DNA of 64,000 nt, taken from assembly GCA_965237955.1 (NCBI GenBank), contig OZ250169.1, positions 2,624,001 through 2,688,000 of the forward strand, read 5' to 3'. The notes under the pieces were generated by a model. The model was not told where the DNA came from, did not search any database, and was given only the letters and a program-made list of their open reading frames with translations. This DNA is from Candidatus Marinacidobacterales bacterium (GTDB lineage: Bacteria > Acidobacteriota > Vicinamibacteria > Marinacidobacterales > SMYC01). The stretch's first letter is position 1; the number at the start of each line of letters is the position of its first letter. Position numbers and translations under genes: made by a program. Shown in pieces: positions 22,123 through 32,389 of this stretch.

Positions 22123-22911
22123 ATGAAGTACCTAGCAATCGTATTGAGTGTTGCCCTGTCCAGCATGTCCGGCCTAGGCTGCTCGGACAATTCGGATTCG
22201 GATTACGTCGACGATATGGCCGAAGAGCACGCCGACGACACTCCGGAATCCAACGAAGCCTCGCAAGCGTCGCCGGCCGTCGACGTCGACACCGAGATGG
22301 TCGACTACGCGACCGTTAACGGTGAGACCGCAACCGGCTATTTGGCGCGACCTGCAGGCGTCGAGGGACCGCTCCCCGGCATCATCGTCATCCACGAATG
22401 GTGGGGCCTGAACGACAACGTCCGCTCGATGGCCGAGCAGCTCGCCGGCGAAGGCTATCAAGCGCTTGCCGTCGATCTCTACGGAGGAGAATCGGCAGAC
22501 ACTCGGGACGGCGCGATGGCTCTCATGTCGGCATCGATGGAGAACTCCGAAGGCCTGAAGGAGAATGTGACCCAAGCGTTCGCGTACCTGGAAGGCGACG
22601 GCCAGAAAGTCGGCACCATCGGATGGTGTTTCGGCGGCGGTTGGTCTCTCGCGACGGCGCTCGCGTTGCCGGAAGACGTCGACGCGACCGCCATCTACTA
22701 CGGCCGTCTCGTGACCGATCAGGATAAGCTGGCGCCACTACAGATGCCGATCCTCGGGTTCTTCGGCTCCGAAGACCAGGGTATTCCCGTAGATTCCGTG
22801 CATGCGTTCGAAACTTCGTTGAACGCACTCGGCAAGGACGCCGCTATTCACATTTATGAAGGAGCGGACCACGCGTTCGCGAACCCTTCGGGAAGGGACT
22901 TATACCGCTAG
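22123..22911 (+). pseudogene. Dienelactone hydrolase family lipoprotein, C-terminally truncated
   Basis: IHEWWGLN, GWCFGG and HAFANPSG. The final helix is missing; foreign sequence begins at about 22892. Confidence 0.85.
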
Positions 22912-24094
22912 TCCCCTGGATCTTTAATTACTGTCCAAATTCGATTTGCCATGTGTATCGAGCGTTCGCTGGGCGAACCGAGCGATGGTTTCGAGGATTT
23001 GGTCGGCGGATTTCGTCCACTTGAACGGCTTTGGGTTCTCGTTGTGAGCATCGAGATAGTCTTGTATCGCAACGCGGAGCTGAGGCACGCTCGTGTGCGA
23101 GCCTCGTCGCAAGGCGTGTTCGGTGAGCAAGCCAAAGAAGCGCTCAGCGAAGTTGAGCCAAGAGGCGTGTGTCGGTGTGAAAGTGAAAGTGGAACCGAGG
23201 TCGCTTGGAAAGCCAGCGTTTGATCGCCGGTGTCTTGTGCGTGGCGAGATTGTCGAGCACGACGTGGATGTCCAACTCGCTGGGAACGGCTGCTTCGATC
23301 TCAGCGAGGAACTTCTTGAACTCTAGCGCTCGATGTCGCGCGTAGCACTTTCCGAAGACTTCACCTGTTGCGGCGTCGAGTGCGGCAAACAGGTCAGTCG
23401 TTCCATGCCGAATGTAGTCGTGGGTTTGTCGCTCGGGCTGGCCCAAGCTCATGGGCAGGACAGGTTGAGCACGCTCGAGCGCTTGAATCTGCGATTTCTC
23501 GTCGACGCACAGGACGACCGCGTTATCCGGTGGGTTCATATACAGGCCAACAACGTCGCGTACTTTTTCGACCAGTTGTGGGTCTTGCGAGAGACGAAAC
23601 GATTCCGAGCGGTGCGGTTGAAGCCCGAACGTTCGCCAAATACGTCCAATCGTCGAATGACTCAGCCCAAGATGCTTGGCCATCGAGCGCGTACTCCAAT
23701 GGGTTCTCCCCTTTGGAGTCGTCGCCAGCGTCTTGGTCACGACTTCCTCGATCTGGTCATCGCCGATTTTGCGAGCCGCTCTCGGCCGAGGTTCGTCGTA
23801 CAACCCTTCCATTCGTTGTTCTACAAAGCGTCTTCGCCACTTGCCCACCGTGCTCCTCATGGTGTGCATCTTCCTAGCAACTTCCATATTCGTCAGACCC
23901 GCCGCGCAATCCAGCACGATCTTCGCTCGGAAGGCTTGGTGCGGCGAACTACGGCTGCGTCGCGCCAGTCGCGTCAGCGCTTCGCTTTCTTGAGACGACA
24001 GCTTCAATTCGGCTTTTCGCCGGCCCTTGTGTTTCATGCATTTAGCAGATCACAGAAGTGCCAGTGTTGTCTAGCTTTTTCTGTTCCATGGGAC
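22911..24094 (-). mobile_element. IS630 family element, copy 1 (transposase frameshifted near 23180)
   Basis: Near-identical to 41958-43140. TA on both flanks; ends GTCCC(A/C)TGGA; DEK...DN...E motifs; one extra base relative to copy 2. Confidence 0.95.
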
Positions 24095-24551
24095 TAGCTT
24101 GACAACCCCATAAGGGCGATAGTGGAACACGGAAGCCGCTAGGAAACAGGGAAATCCGCCGCCGCTACATGGCTGGGCTGCTGGCGCAGCCCACAGCGCC
24201 CGAACTCACCGAGGCCGGGCTCGTCCGGCTGTCTCCCAACGGGAGACACGATGACTTATTACGATCCACACCTCGTACCTAAGCAGTTGTAAATAAATGA
24301 CTTGCTTAGAAAAACGCCCGCTACCACGCACCAAAAAAATCAAACCTAAGCCGCAGGACGGTGACGACGAGCGGAAGCGCAAGCGCAAGCGCCATGCCAA
24401 ATCCAGCCTCGCCGCCCACCGGAAGCGGTGGGCGCGTGTCAAGCCATAGGTATAAGTCCCTTCGGGAAACGCCTACCAGGCCGAGCCGGCGAAAGACGCA
24501 TGGGAGAAAACGCTCACGTTCTTTGGAGCCCATCTGAAGAGCTCGAGCTAA

Positions 24552-25448
24552 CTACAACTGAGCGGGATCTCTAGCTCCTCCGAGCGTCGCCGCCAAGGCG
24601 GCGCCGAGGAGCGCTCCCACGACACCCGCGGAGGCGAGAACGCTCAAATCGTCCCGCGCGGGCCACTCCGTGTAGCGAAAAATCGTACTCCAGTACCAGA
24701 AGAATCCGCCGAGCCCACTGCCGACAATCCCGCCGGTGAACCCACCCACGAGCACACCCAAGACAGGCTCCCTCGCCTGTCGAAACGAGCGCCCGAACAT
24801 CCCTCCAACGAGTGCTCCCCCCATCCCTCCGACGAAGGCAAAGGGAATGCCGGAAGCTCCCCAAAGCGACGGAGGCGGTCCACCCGCGGCGAACGTACCG
24901 CCCACCACCGCCCCTATCGCAGCAGCGAAGGGCGCCAGCATTGCCGCGGCCGAGCGCAGCGGCGCCCAGTTGACGACGAAGCCGAGACGAAACGGCCACG
25001 AGCATACGAATCCGGCGGCGAGAGCGACGGCGAGAACGTTGAGAAACGGCCCCACCTCTTGACTGGCGTTCGACGCGAGCGTGAGCGAGACGCTCAAGAG
25101 CGCCCCGAGTTGAGCATCGCGGAGGTCGAACAGTGCCCCTCGACGCCACTTGCGGAGATCTCGCTCGAGGTCTTTCCACTCCTCGGTGGTCCGCTCGGGG
25201 CGGGTCCACTCGGGTGTCCTGTGCGTCGTAACCGGTTCGCCAGTACGAACACGAGCATCGTAAGCCGCGCGTTTCCTGCGATCGGATAGGACTTCGTAGG
25301 CGGCGACGACTTCCTTGAAACGCTCTTCCGAGTCGGGATCACCGGGGTTGTAGTCCGGATGGTAGCGCCGTGCAAGCCGGAGATAAGCACGCTTGATCTC
25401 ACGCTGCGACGCATACGGCTCGACCTCGAGGGTGTCGTACAGGGTCAT
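24552..25448 (-). CDS. J-domain protein with a Gly-rich multi-TM C-terminus
   Basis: YHPD motif, AYEVLSD and hydrophobic GxxxG helices. Confidence 0.85.
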   Translation of the reverse strand: MTLYDTLEVEPYASQREIKRAYLRLARRYHPDYNPGDPDSEERFKEVVAAYEVLSDRRKRAAYDARVRTGEPVTTHRTPEWTRPERTTEEWKDLERDLRKWRRGALFDLRDAQLGALLSVSLTLASNASQEVGPFLNVLAVALAAGFVCSWPFRLGFVVNWAPLRSAAAMLAPFAAAIGAVVGGTFAAGGPPPSLWGASGIPFAFVGGMGGALVGGMFGRSFRQAREPVLGVLVGGFTGGIVGSGLGGFFWYWSTIFRYTEWPARDDLSVLASAGVVGALLGAALAATLGGARDPAQL

Positions 25449-25531
25449 GAATTAGGAGAGTTTGCTATGCCATCAGAATGACATACCCTCGGGCGGCGTG
25501 GTAGCCTGAGCGTCCTCGAAGGGAGTTCGTT

Positions 25532-26752
25532 ATGACGACCAAAATGTCTCGACGTGGATTCATCGGTTCCGCGGCGACGGGCGCCGTTGGCGCTTCCCTG
25601 CTTTCCCCTCGACCGGCCCAAGCTGCGAGCTACGATCCCGTACCGCTCGACGACCCAATGAGTCTTTGGGATCTACCGACCCCGGCACTCGTCGTCGATG
25701 AAGAGGCTCTCGAGCACAACCTGGACAAGATGGCGAGCTTTTTTCGCGGCAAGAGCGCGAGGTTGCGTCCGCACGCGAAGACGCACAAGTGTCCCATCCT
25801 CGCGCGCAAGCAGCTCGATCGCGGTGCCCACGGCATTTGCACCGCGAAAGTGAGCGAGGCCGAAGTGATGGTCGATGCCGGTATCGGTAACGTGCTCATC
25901 ACGTCACCGGTCGTCACCAAAGAAAAGATTGTCCGGGTGGTAGCACTTGCTAAGAAGGCCTCCGACGTCGCCATGGTCGTCGACCAGGAACAGAACGTGC
26001 GCGACTTCAATGACGCCGCTGCCGCCGCGGGCACCACGCTGCAAGTGGTCGTTGGTCTCAACGTGATGAACCGCACCGGCATCGCCATGGGTGAGCCGGC
26101 GGTGAATCTCGTGAAGGCGATCCACGACGCGCCGGCGCTGAGATTCGGAGGCCTTCAGGCGTATGCCGGACACCTCCAGCACCAGAGCGGGTTCGAGTTT
26201 CGGCGTCAAGCCTCGAAAGAGGTGATGAGCCGGGCCGTGGAGCTCAAGGAGACTGTCGAGAAAGCGGGCTACGACGTTCCGGTGTTAACCGGTGGCGGTA
26301 CGGGTACGTACAACATCGACTCCGAAGTGGACGGCGTCGACGAGATGCAAGTGGGCTCGTACCTGTTCATGGATGTGAACTACCGGAAGATCGGCGGTAA
26401 AGAGGGCGCGATCTTCGACGACTTCCGTCCATCGCTCCTCGTTCTGTCGACGGCGATCAGCCAGCCCGCGCAAGGACGGATCACCATCGATGCCGGCCTC
26501 AAGTCGTTCGCCACCGACAGCGACTTACCGCAGCTTCGCGACATCCAGGGCGTTTCCTATCGCTGGGGCGGTGACGAGCACGGAATTCTGCAGTTCAAGA
26601 ACCCGAGTCGCAGGATCGAAGTCGGCGACAAGGTGCTCTTGATCGCGTCCCATTGCGATCCGACGGTAAACCTCTACGACCACTTCTATCCGTACCGGAA
26701 CGAAACCGTGACCGAGCTCTGGCCCATCGCCGCCCGCGGCCGGTCCCAGTAG
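25532..26752 (+). CDS. DSD1/D-threonine aldolase family PLP enzyme with Tat signal
   Basis: SRRGFI, RPHAKTHK, GGGTGT, QVGSY, DEHG and HCDPTVN. Confidence 0.88.
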   Translation: MTTKMSRRGFIGSAATGAVGASLLSPRPAQAASYDPVPLDDPMSLWDLPTPALVVDEEALEHNLDKMASFFRGKSARLRPHAKTHKCPILARKQLDRGAHGICTAKVSEAEVMVDAGIGNVLITSPVVTKEKIVRVVALAKKASDVAMVVDQEQNVRDFNDAAAAAGTTLQVVVGLNVMNRTGIAMGEPAVNLVKAIHDAPALRFGGLQAYAGHLQHQSGFEFRRQASKEVMSRAVELKETVEKAGYDVPVLTGGGTGTYNIDSEVDGVDEMQVGSYLFMDVNYRKIGGKEGAIFDDFRPSLLVLSTAISQPAQGRITIDAGLKSFATDSDLPQLRDIQGVSYRWGGDEHGILQFKNPSRRIEVGDKVLLIASHCDPTVNLYDHFYPYRNETVTELWPIAARGRSQ

Positions 26753-26809
26753 GGACCGACGAGTAGCTGATGGCTGACGGCCGATGGCGGGTCTGCGCGT
26801 CAGTATTTT

Positions 26810-27634
26810 ATGAAATCGCTCCTTAGAAGCCCTCTCGTTCACTTCGTTGCGATCGGGACGGTCATCTTCGTGATGTACGGGCTACTCCGGGGCTCTGCCG
26901 TGAACGACAACCGCCGCATCGAAGTCGGTGAGCAGCAGATCGCGCGCTTGCGCGAGATGTGGATGGCTTCATGGAAGCGTCCGCCGACGGAGAGGGAGCT
27001 CGATGGGCTCATCGACAGCTTCATCCGCGAAGAGGTTCTCTATCGCGAAGCGCTCGCGATGGGTCTCGACCGCAACGACACCGTTGTCCGCAGGCGGTTG
27101 GCGCAGAAGATCGAGTTTCTCGCGGATGATCTCGCCACCCGGAGCGAGCCTTTGCCCGAGGAGCTCGAGCGCTTCCTCGAAGAGAACCTCGAGCGCTACC
27201 AGCTTCCCGCGCGGGTGAGCTTTTCTCACATCTATTTCAGCGTGGACCGTCGCGGCGAAGCTTGTGAGAGCGATGCCCTCGACGCGCTTCACAAGATGCG
27301 CGATGGCGCTTCGCCCGACGAGCACGGCGATCCGTTCATGCTGCAACGCGACTATCCTTCGCGTACCGAACGAGAAGTCGCCGAGCTCTTCGGCTCCGCG
27401 TTCGGGGAGGCGCTTCTCATGTTGAGCCCGGGAAGCTGGCAAGGTCCGGTGCCCTCGAGCTATGGACTCCACCTCGTGAACGTCCGCGAGCGTACTCCAT
27501 CGCGCACGCCCGAGCTCGCTGACGTCTCCGAGCGCGTCAAGAACGACTTTCTTGCCGAGCGTCGCCGGGCCGCGAACGAGGCGCTCGTCGAATCGCTGAA
27601 AGAGCGCTACCAGATCGTCGTCGACGGTCGCTGA
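26810..27634 (+). CDS. PpiC-type (Rotamase_2) membrane-anchored PPIase-like protein
   Basis: PLVHF, REEVLYREALAMGLD and WQGPVPSSYGLHLV. Confidence 0.8.
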   Translation: MKSLLRSPLVHFVAIGTVIFVMYGLLRGSAVNDNRRIEVGEQQIARLREMWMASWKRPPTERELDGLIDSFIREEVLYREALAMGLDRNDTVVRRRLAQKIEFLADDLATRSEPLPEELERFLEENLERYQLPARVSFSHIYFSVDRRGEACESDALDALHKMRDGASPDEHGDPFMLQRDYPSRTEREVAELFGSAFGEALLMLSPGSWQGPVPSSYGLHLVNVRERTPSRTPELADVSERVKNDFLAERRRAANEALVESLKERYQIVVDGR

Positions 27635-27721
27635 CGCGATGAAAGAAAATCAATAAGAGCGCGATGTCCACGGAGTGAGCCTCGCCGTCGCCCTGCAGGG
27701 TTGATGTGAAAAGATAGAAGC

Positions 27722-28435
27722 ATGAGCCGGTTCGTCGTTGCTCTGTCCATCCTGTCCATGATGCTTCTCGGCGCGAGCGCGCCCGGCCAGGGGAAACTCG
27801 CTCCAGCCAGAGGTGTTTTCCTCGTTGCCAAGAACGAGATCGAGGGCGGCCCGTTCTACCAGAGCGTCGTGTTGCTGATCGCGCACAGCGAGAAGGGAAC
27901 CATCGGGCTCATCGTCAACCGCACGACGGAGATTCCACTGTCCGAAGCGCTCCCGGAGCTCGGCCGCGAAACGTCTCATGAGCTCTACTTTGGTGGTCCC
28001 GTCGAGCTGAGCGGGCTTTTGTACCTGTTCCGGAGTAGCGAGCCCCCCGAACACCCCGAACATTTTGACGACGCCGATCATGTGATGGGCGACGTGTACT
28101 ACAGCGGAGATCGAGAGCTACTCGAAGAGCTCATGGAAACCGACAAGAAGACAGACGAGCTCCATTTGTTCATCGGTCACTCGGGGTGGGCGCCGGGTCA
28201 GCTGGACGCGGAGCTCGTTCGTGGATCGTGGGACCTCTTGCGCGCGAACGCGTTCACGGTCTTCGGTAAGGATCCGGAGACGATGTGGCACGAGCTGTCG
28301 AAAGACAGCCGCGTCATCGCTCGTTCTTCACGACCTTCGCGTCCTTCGTCACGAAAACACGCGCCGAAGCGCGGTAATGTCGTCGAGCGGGTTGCCATCG
28401 ACGGCGATGAGCGACGTCTTCGCTCGAGCTCTTGA
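27722..28435 (+). CDS. YqgE/AlgH (DUF179) family protein with signal peptide
   Basis: FYQSVVLL, GLIVNR, YFGGPV and GHSGWAPGQLDAEL. The tail past about 28310 is probably read-through into a remnant on the other strand. Confidence 0.85.
   Translation: MSRFVVALSILSMMLLGASAPGQGKLAPARGVFLVAKNEIEGGPFYQSVVLLIAHSEKGTIGLIVNRTTEIPLSEALPELGRETSHELYFGGPVELSGLLYLFRSSEPPEHPEHFDDADHVMGDVYYSGDRELLEELMETDKKTDELHLFIGHSGWAPGQLDAELVRGSWDLLRANAFTVFGKDPETMWHELSKDSRVIARSSRPSRPSSRKHAPKRGNVVERVAIDGDERRLRSSS
28314..28411 (-). pseudogene. C-terminal remnant of an amidohydrolase
   Basis: Minus strand reads LIAVDGNPLDDITALRRV, then after a frameshift FVTKDAKVVK, a typical amidohydrolase tail. Confidence 0.6.
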
Positions 28436-28532
28436 GCTTCTCGACCCACTCCTTCACGGGTGCCTGCGCCATCGTCTAGCGGGACTCTAGCATGACGTGG
28501 ACCTCCCTTATAATAGTGCCTCTCCTGCCATT

Positions 28533-29750
28533 TCAGTGGATCCTCTCGAGGGTGAGACCGCCACAGTTTAGGTAGACGAGACTGATGAGAGCTTCGGCAG
28601 AGTGGAGTCCAAAGCTGCGGTGGCTCAGCAGCCTGATTTTGTTGTTCATTCCTTCGAGTCGGCCGTTGCTGAGTCTCCACGTGACCCACGCGATGACGCC
28701 ATCGAAGTGGCTGCTCATCTTCGCCGCGCGTTTGACGGGCTCTATCCTCGAGCTCATAGCGCGCCGCAGCCATCCTCGGAGAAACTTCTTGGCCCATGTC
28801 TCGGTTTTGTAGGTGTAGAGGTCCATGAAGTCGTCGCGCAGAAGCATGGCGCGGTAGAGGCGACGATTAGCTCGCACCTGCTCGCGGAGCACCCGTTTGT
28901 CTTTCGCGCTGCGGTTGTGTTTGGCCTTGAGAAGGGGAAACTTGGTGTTCTTGAGGTTGCGCCGGGCAGTCCCTTTGAGCTCGCGCACCAGCTCGCGCCG
29001 GGTCTTATCCACGGCCTCGTTCAGATGCTTGACGATGTGGAAGCGGTCAAAGATCACCCGTGCCTGAGGAGCCTTTTTGCCGACGACAGTTATGTACGGC
29101 TCCCACATGTCCATGCTGACCGCTTCGAGCTCCGCGGCTCTTTGTGGTCCGAGCTTGCGGAAAAACCGCAGCAGCGTCTTGGCCTTGCGCTCCTTTCCCG
29201 CCCAGACGACCCGGCCGCTGAGATGGTCTATTACCACTGTTAAGTACTTGTGGCGTTTGCGGTAGCTGATCTCGTCCATCCCAATCACCCGCAATCCATC
29301 GAGCTCGCGCCGCTCATCCCGCTGCTCGGCAACCACTCGCTGGATGATCCGTCGCACCGAACGCCACGTCACTCGGAAATAGTTCGCTACGGCGCTGACG
29401 TCCGTCCTCTGTGCCAGCCACGCTACCTCTTGTTCGAAGCTTTTGGTAAAGCGGCTTCCCTTGTCTGCCCAAGGCACCTTTTCTCTGACCACTCCACACC
29501 GCCGACATACCACTCGTCGGATCGAGTAGCGAAGATAGGTCCGGACTCCGAACAGGTCCAAGTGCCGCCAGTAGCGATTGTAGCGATCTTTGTTCTTGCG
29601 GACCTTTCGTCCGCAAATCCCGCACAGAGGCTTCCTCCTCCGTGGTACTACATCCACCACCACTCTGGCTTTGTCCGCCTGGAAGTGGAAACCTCGGACC
29701 CACAGGCCTTGCAATCCGATGAGCTTGTTGACTAACGTAGTAACGCGCAT
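28533..29750 (-). mobile_element. ISL3 family transposase
   Basis: CGIC and CRRC zinc finger, IGMDEISYRK, SMDMW, DRFHIV and EGMNNKI. Element ends not clearly resolved. Confidence 0.93.
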
Positions 29751-29875
29751 CGCGGGAACGCTCTTTTCTCTTTCGGGAAAAAAGATTCTAGCGTTCTCGC
29801 CGATGCGCATCTACACATGGCTTACCCTCTCAACCCACGGGCCTCACCAAATGCCACTGCCCCTCAGCGGGAGAC

Positions 29876-30197
29876 GAGGCTGTGGGAAACGCCCCCACGG
29901 TTCTGGTCGTTCAGACCTTGCTCACGACTGAGTTCTCTTCGAAGCCTGGAAGGGCGTTTTCCATAGCCTCCACTAATCGAGCCCCCCCTTCCTTATTCCA
30001 TATGAATTAATCTTTCTTGTATATATATCAGGAGGGGCCTGTGGGCGCTCGTGGGAAACGCGAAGCGTTTTCCAAGCGATTGTGGAAAACGCCGCTCCAC
30101 GTTTGTACGTGCTCACAACCTTTCCCTAAACGCCTCTCTCGCCCGGAGTTTCCGGCGTTTTCCACAATCGCGGCAGCGTCCATAGGCCATGCCCTCC
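29876..30197. repeat. Two palindromic GTGG(G/A)AAAC..GTTTTCCA structured modules
   Basis: 29876-29894 pairs with 29952-29970 (17/19); 30076-30094 pairs with 30153-30171 (19/19). Confidence 0.8.
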
Positions 30198-30271
30198 AAC
30201 ACAAATCAGATCCCCCGAAACGACAGGAGAACCATTAGGGTTACGCCTGCGATGCTGCGCGGGTTCAACTA

Positions 30272-32199
30272 AGGGCCGCCGACAAAATAACTGTCTAGTT
30301 TTGAGCACACTCTTCCTGTTTCAGGTCGTGATCGCGATGTCGTCTGGCATCACGAGAGCCTGGCAAGCTCCCTAGAAACGGAACATTTGTAGATCTTCAG
30401 CAACCAGCGCGTGTTTGACAAACGGTCCTCATTTTAGGGAGGATTACGCCTATCAAGGAGCACTTCTCCTGTTATGAGACCTACGAGCTATCAGTCTGAA
30501 GATCTCGACCGCCTGTTGAGGAAGCACAAAATAGCTACCCTCGATGATTTGAAGGCAGTGTTGGGTACCGATGTGGACTCGACCGTCTTCCGAAAGCTCA
30601 ATGAGTTGGCGTATCGGACAAGCTACTCCCACCGTGGTAGCTACTACACGTTGGACGAGATCGCCCAGTTCGATCGAAAAGGTCTTTGGTCGTTGCGCTC
30701 AGTGTGGTTCTCGAAGTACGGGACGTTGCTTGCGACGGTAAAAGCGTTGGTCGCGGCCTGTGAGGCAGGCTACTACGTCGACGAGCTCGAGGACGAGGTG
30801 CAGGTTGACGTCAAGGCTCCTCTGTTGAAACTGGTCCGAGAGAAAAGATTGGCGCGCGAGCAGGTGTTCGGCCGATATCTGTATCTGGCCACCGATGTGA
30901 GCACGCGCAAGCAACAGCTCTCGGCCCGCCAGGTACATGAGGCGTCACCTTCCACGTTGGGCTGGGTCGGGGGAGTCCGCGTGCTCCCCGTGGAGTTGAA
31001 GGCTGCGATCGTTCTTTTCTACAGCCTGCTCGATGAAAAGCAGCGCCGTCTCTACGCGGGGGTCGAGGCCATGAAGCTCGGTCACGGTGGCGACCAACAG
31101 ATTGCCGAACTGCTCGGGATGGATCCGAGCACGGTAGCCAGAGGTCGTAGGGAATTGCTAATGAGAGATGTTGAGCTCGACGGAGTTCGGCGAAAGGGTG
31201 GCGGACGGCGCGCCGTGCAAAAAAAACGCCAGAAGTCATCGCCAAGATCGAAGAACTCATGAAGCACGACACCGCGGGCGATCCGATGACGGGAGTGAAA
31301 TGGACGCGGCGGACCACCGACAAGATTGCTTGCGAGCTAAGAAGCCTCGGTGTGAACGTCAGCAGCAAAACCGTCGGTCGACTGCTCAAACAGCTCGGCT
31401 TCTCGTTGCGGGTGAACCACAAGAAGCTGTGCGGTGCCACGTCCGAAGATCGCGATACCCAATTCGCGTGTATCGCCGAACTGCGCGAGCGTTTTGCCGC
31501 AGCTGGTCATCCCATCATCAGCGTAGACACGAAGAAACGGGAGCTGGTGGGATTATTCAAAAACGGCGGGCAGGCCTGGAACCGCGAGCCGACTCTCGTC
31601 AAAGACCATGACTTCCGTTCCGAATCGAACGGCATCGCAATCCCCTACGGCGTCTACGATCTGCTCGCGAACCGCGGGACAGTGTTCATTGGTACCTCGT
31701 ACAACACCCCGGACTTCGCCGTGAATGCCATCGAGAAGTGGTGGCGAACGGAAGGACGGCGACGCTATCCTGCAGCCCGTGACCTCGCGATATTGGCAGA
31801 CGCCGGGGGCAGCAATGGCTATCGGTGTCGGGGTTGGAAGCACGGGCTTCAAACGCGGATTTGCAATCGCCACGACATCGCTATCACCATAGCCCACTAT
31901 CCGTCCGGTACATCCAAGTGGAATCCAGTGGAGCACCGTCTGTTCAGCGAGATCAGCAAGAACTGGGCGGGCAGGCCTCTCGACAGCTACGAAACCATCC
32001 TCAAATACATCCGCACGACCACCACCTCTTCCGGTTTGCGGGTACGCGCACACCTTATCCGGCGTCGTTATCCGAAGGGCGTCAAAATCACTGACGAGCG
32101 GATGCAGGCGCTTTCCGTTACAAAGGACCAGACTCTACCCAAATGGAACTACACCATCCGACCGTCTTGAAAACGGGAACTTATTTTGTCGCCGGCCCT
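30272..32199 (+). mobile_element. ISAzo13 family element; transposase split across 30474-31262 and 31259-32170 with a -1 slip site
   Basis: TIRs AGGGCCG(C/G)CGACAAAATAA; TA flanks; ISVDTKKRELVG, DAGGSN and SKWNPVEHRLFS; A8 run at 31219-31226. Confidence 0.93.
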
Positions 32200-32389
32200 T
32201 AGTCTAGAGAAAAGAGACTTTGGCGTGCGAAATTGCCGCCTCACGGGCCCCCGGGCAACCCAACAACTCCCATTGCCCCTCTACAGTCTTCGGGACGCCG
32301 CCGGTTCACCGCCTCCGTCAACAGGTGACAGGCCCAAATCGCGCTCGCCCGGATCTCGATTTGCGGATGATCTTTTCTGGGGTCACCCA

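Noticed and set aside
24437-24470. Cobalamin riboswitch (GGTnnAAGTCC-like motif)
   Set aside because: No GCCACTG or B12-box elements and no B12-related downstream gene.
29880-30170. Replication origin from DnaA-box-like TGTGGAAAA repeats
   Set aside because: The boxes are arms of palindromes among IS elements, with no dnaA/dnaN or rep gene nearby.
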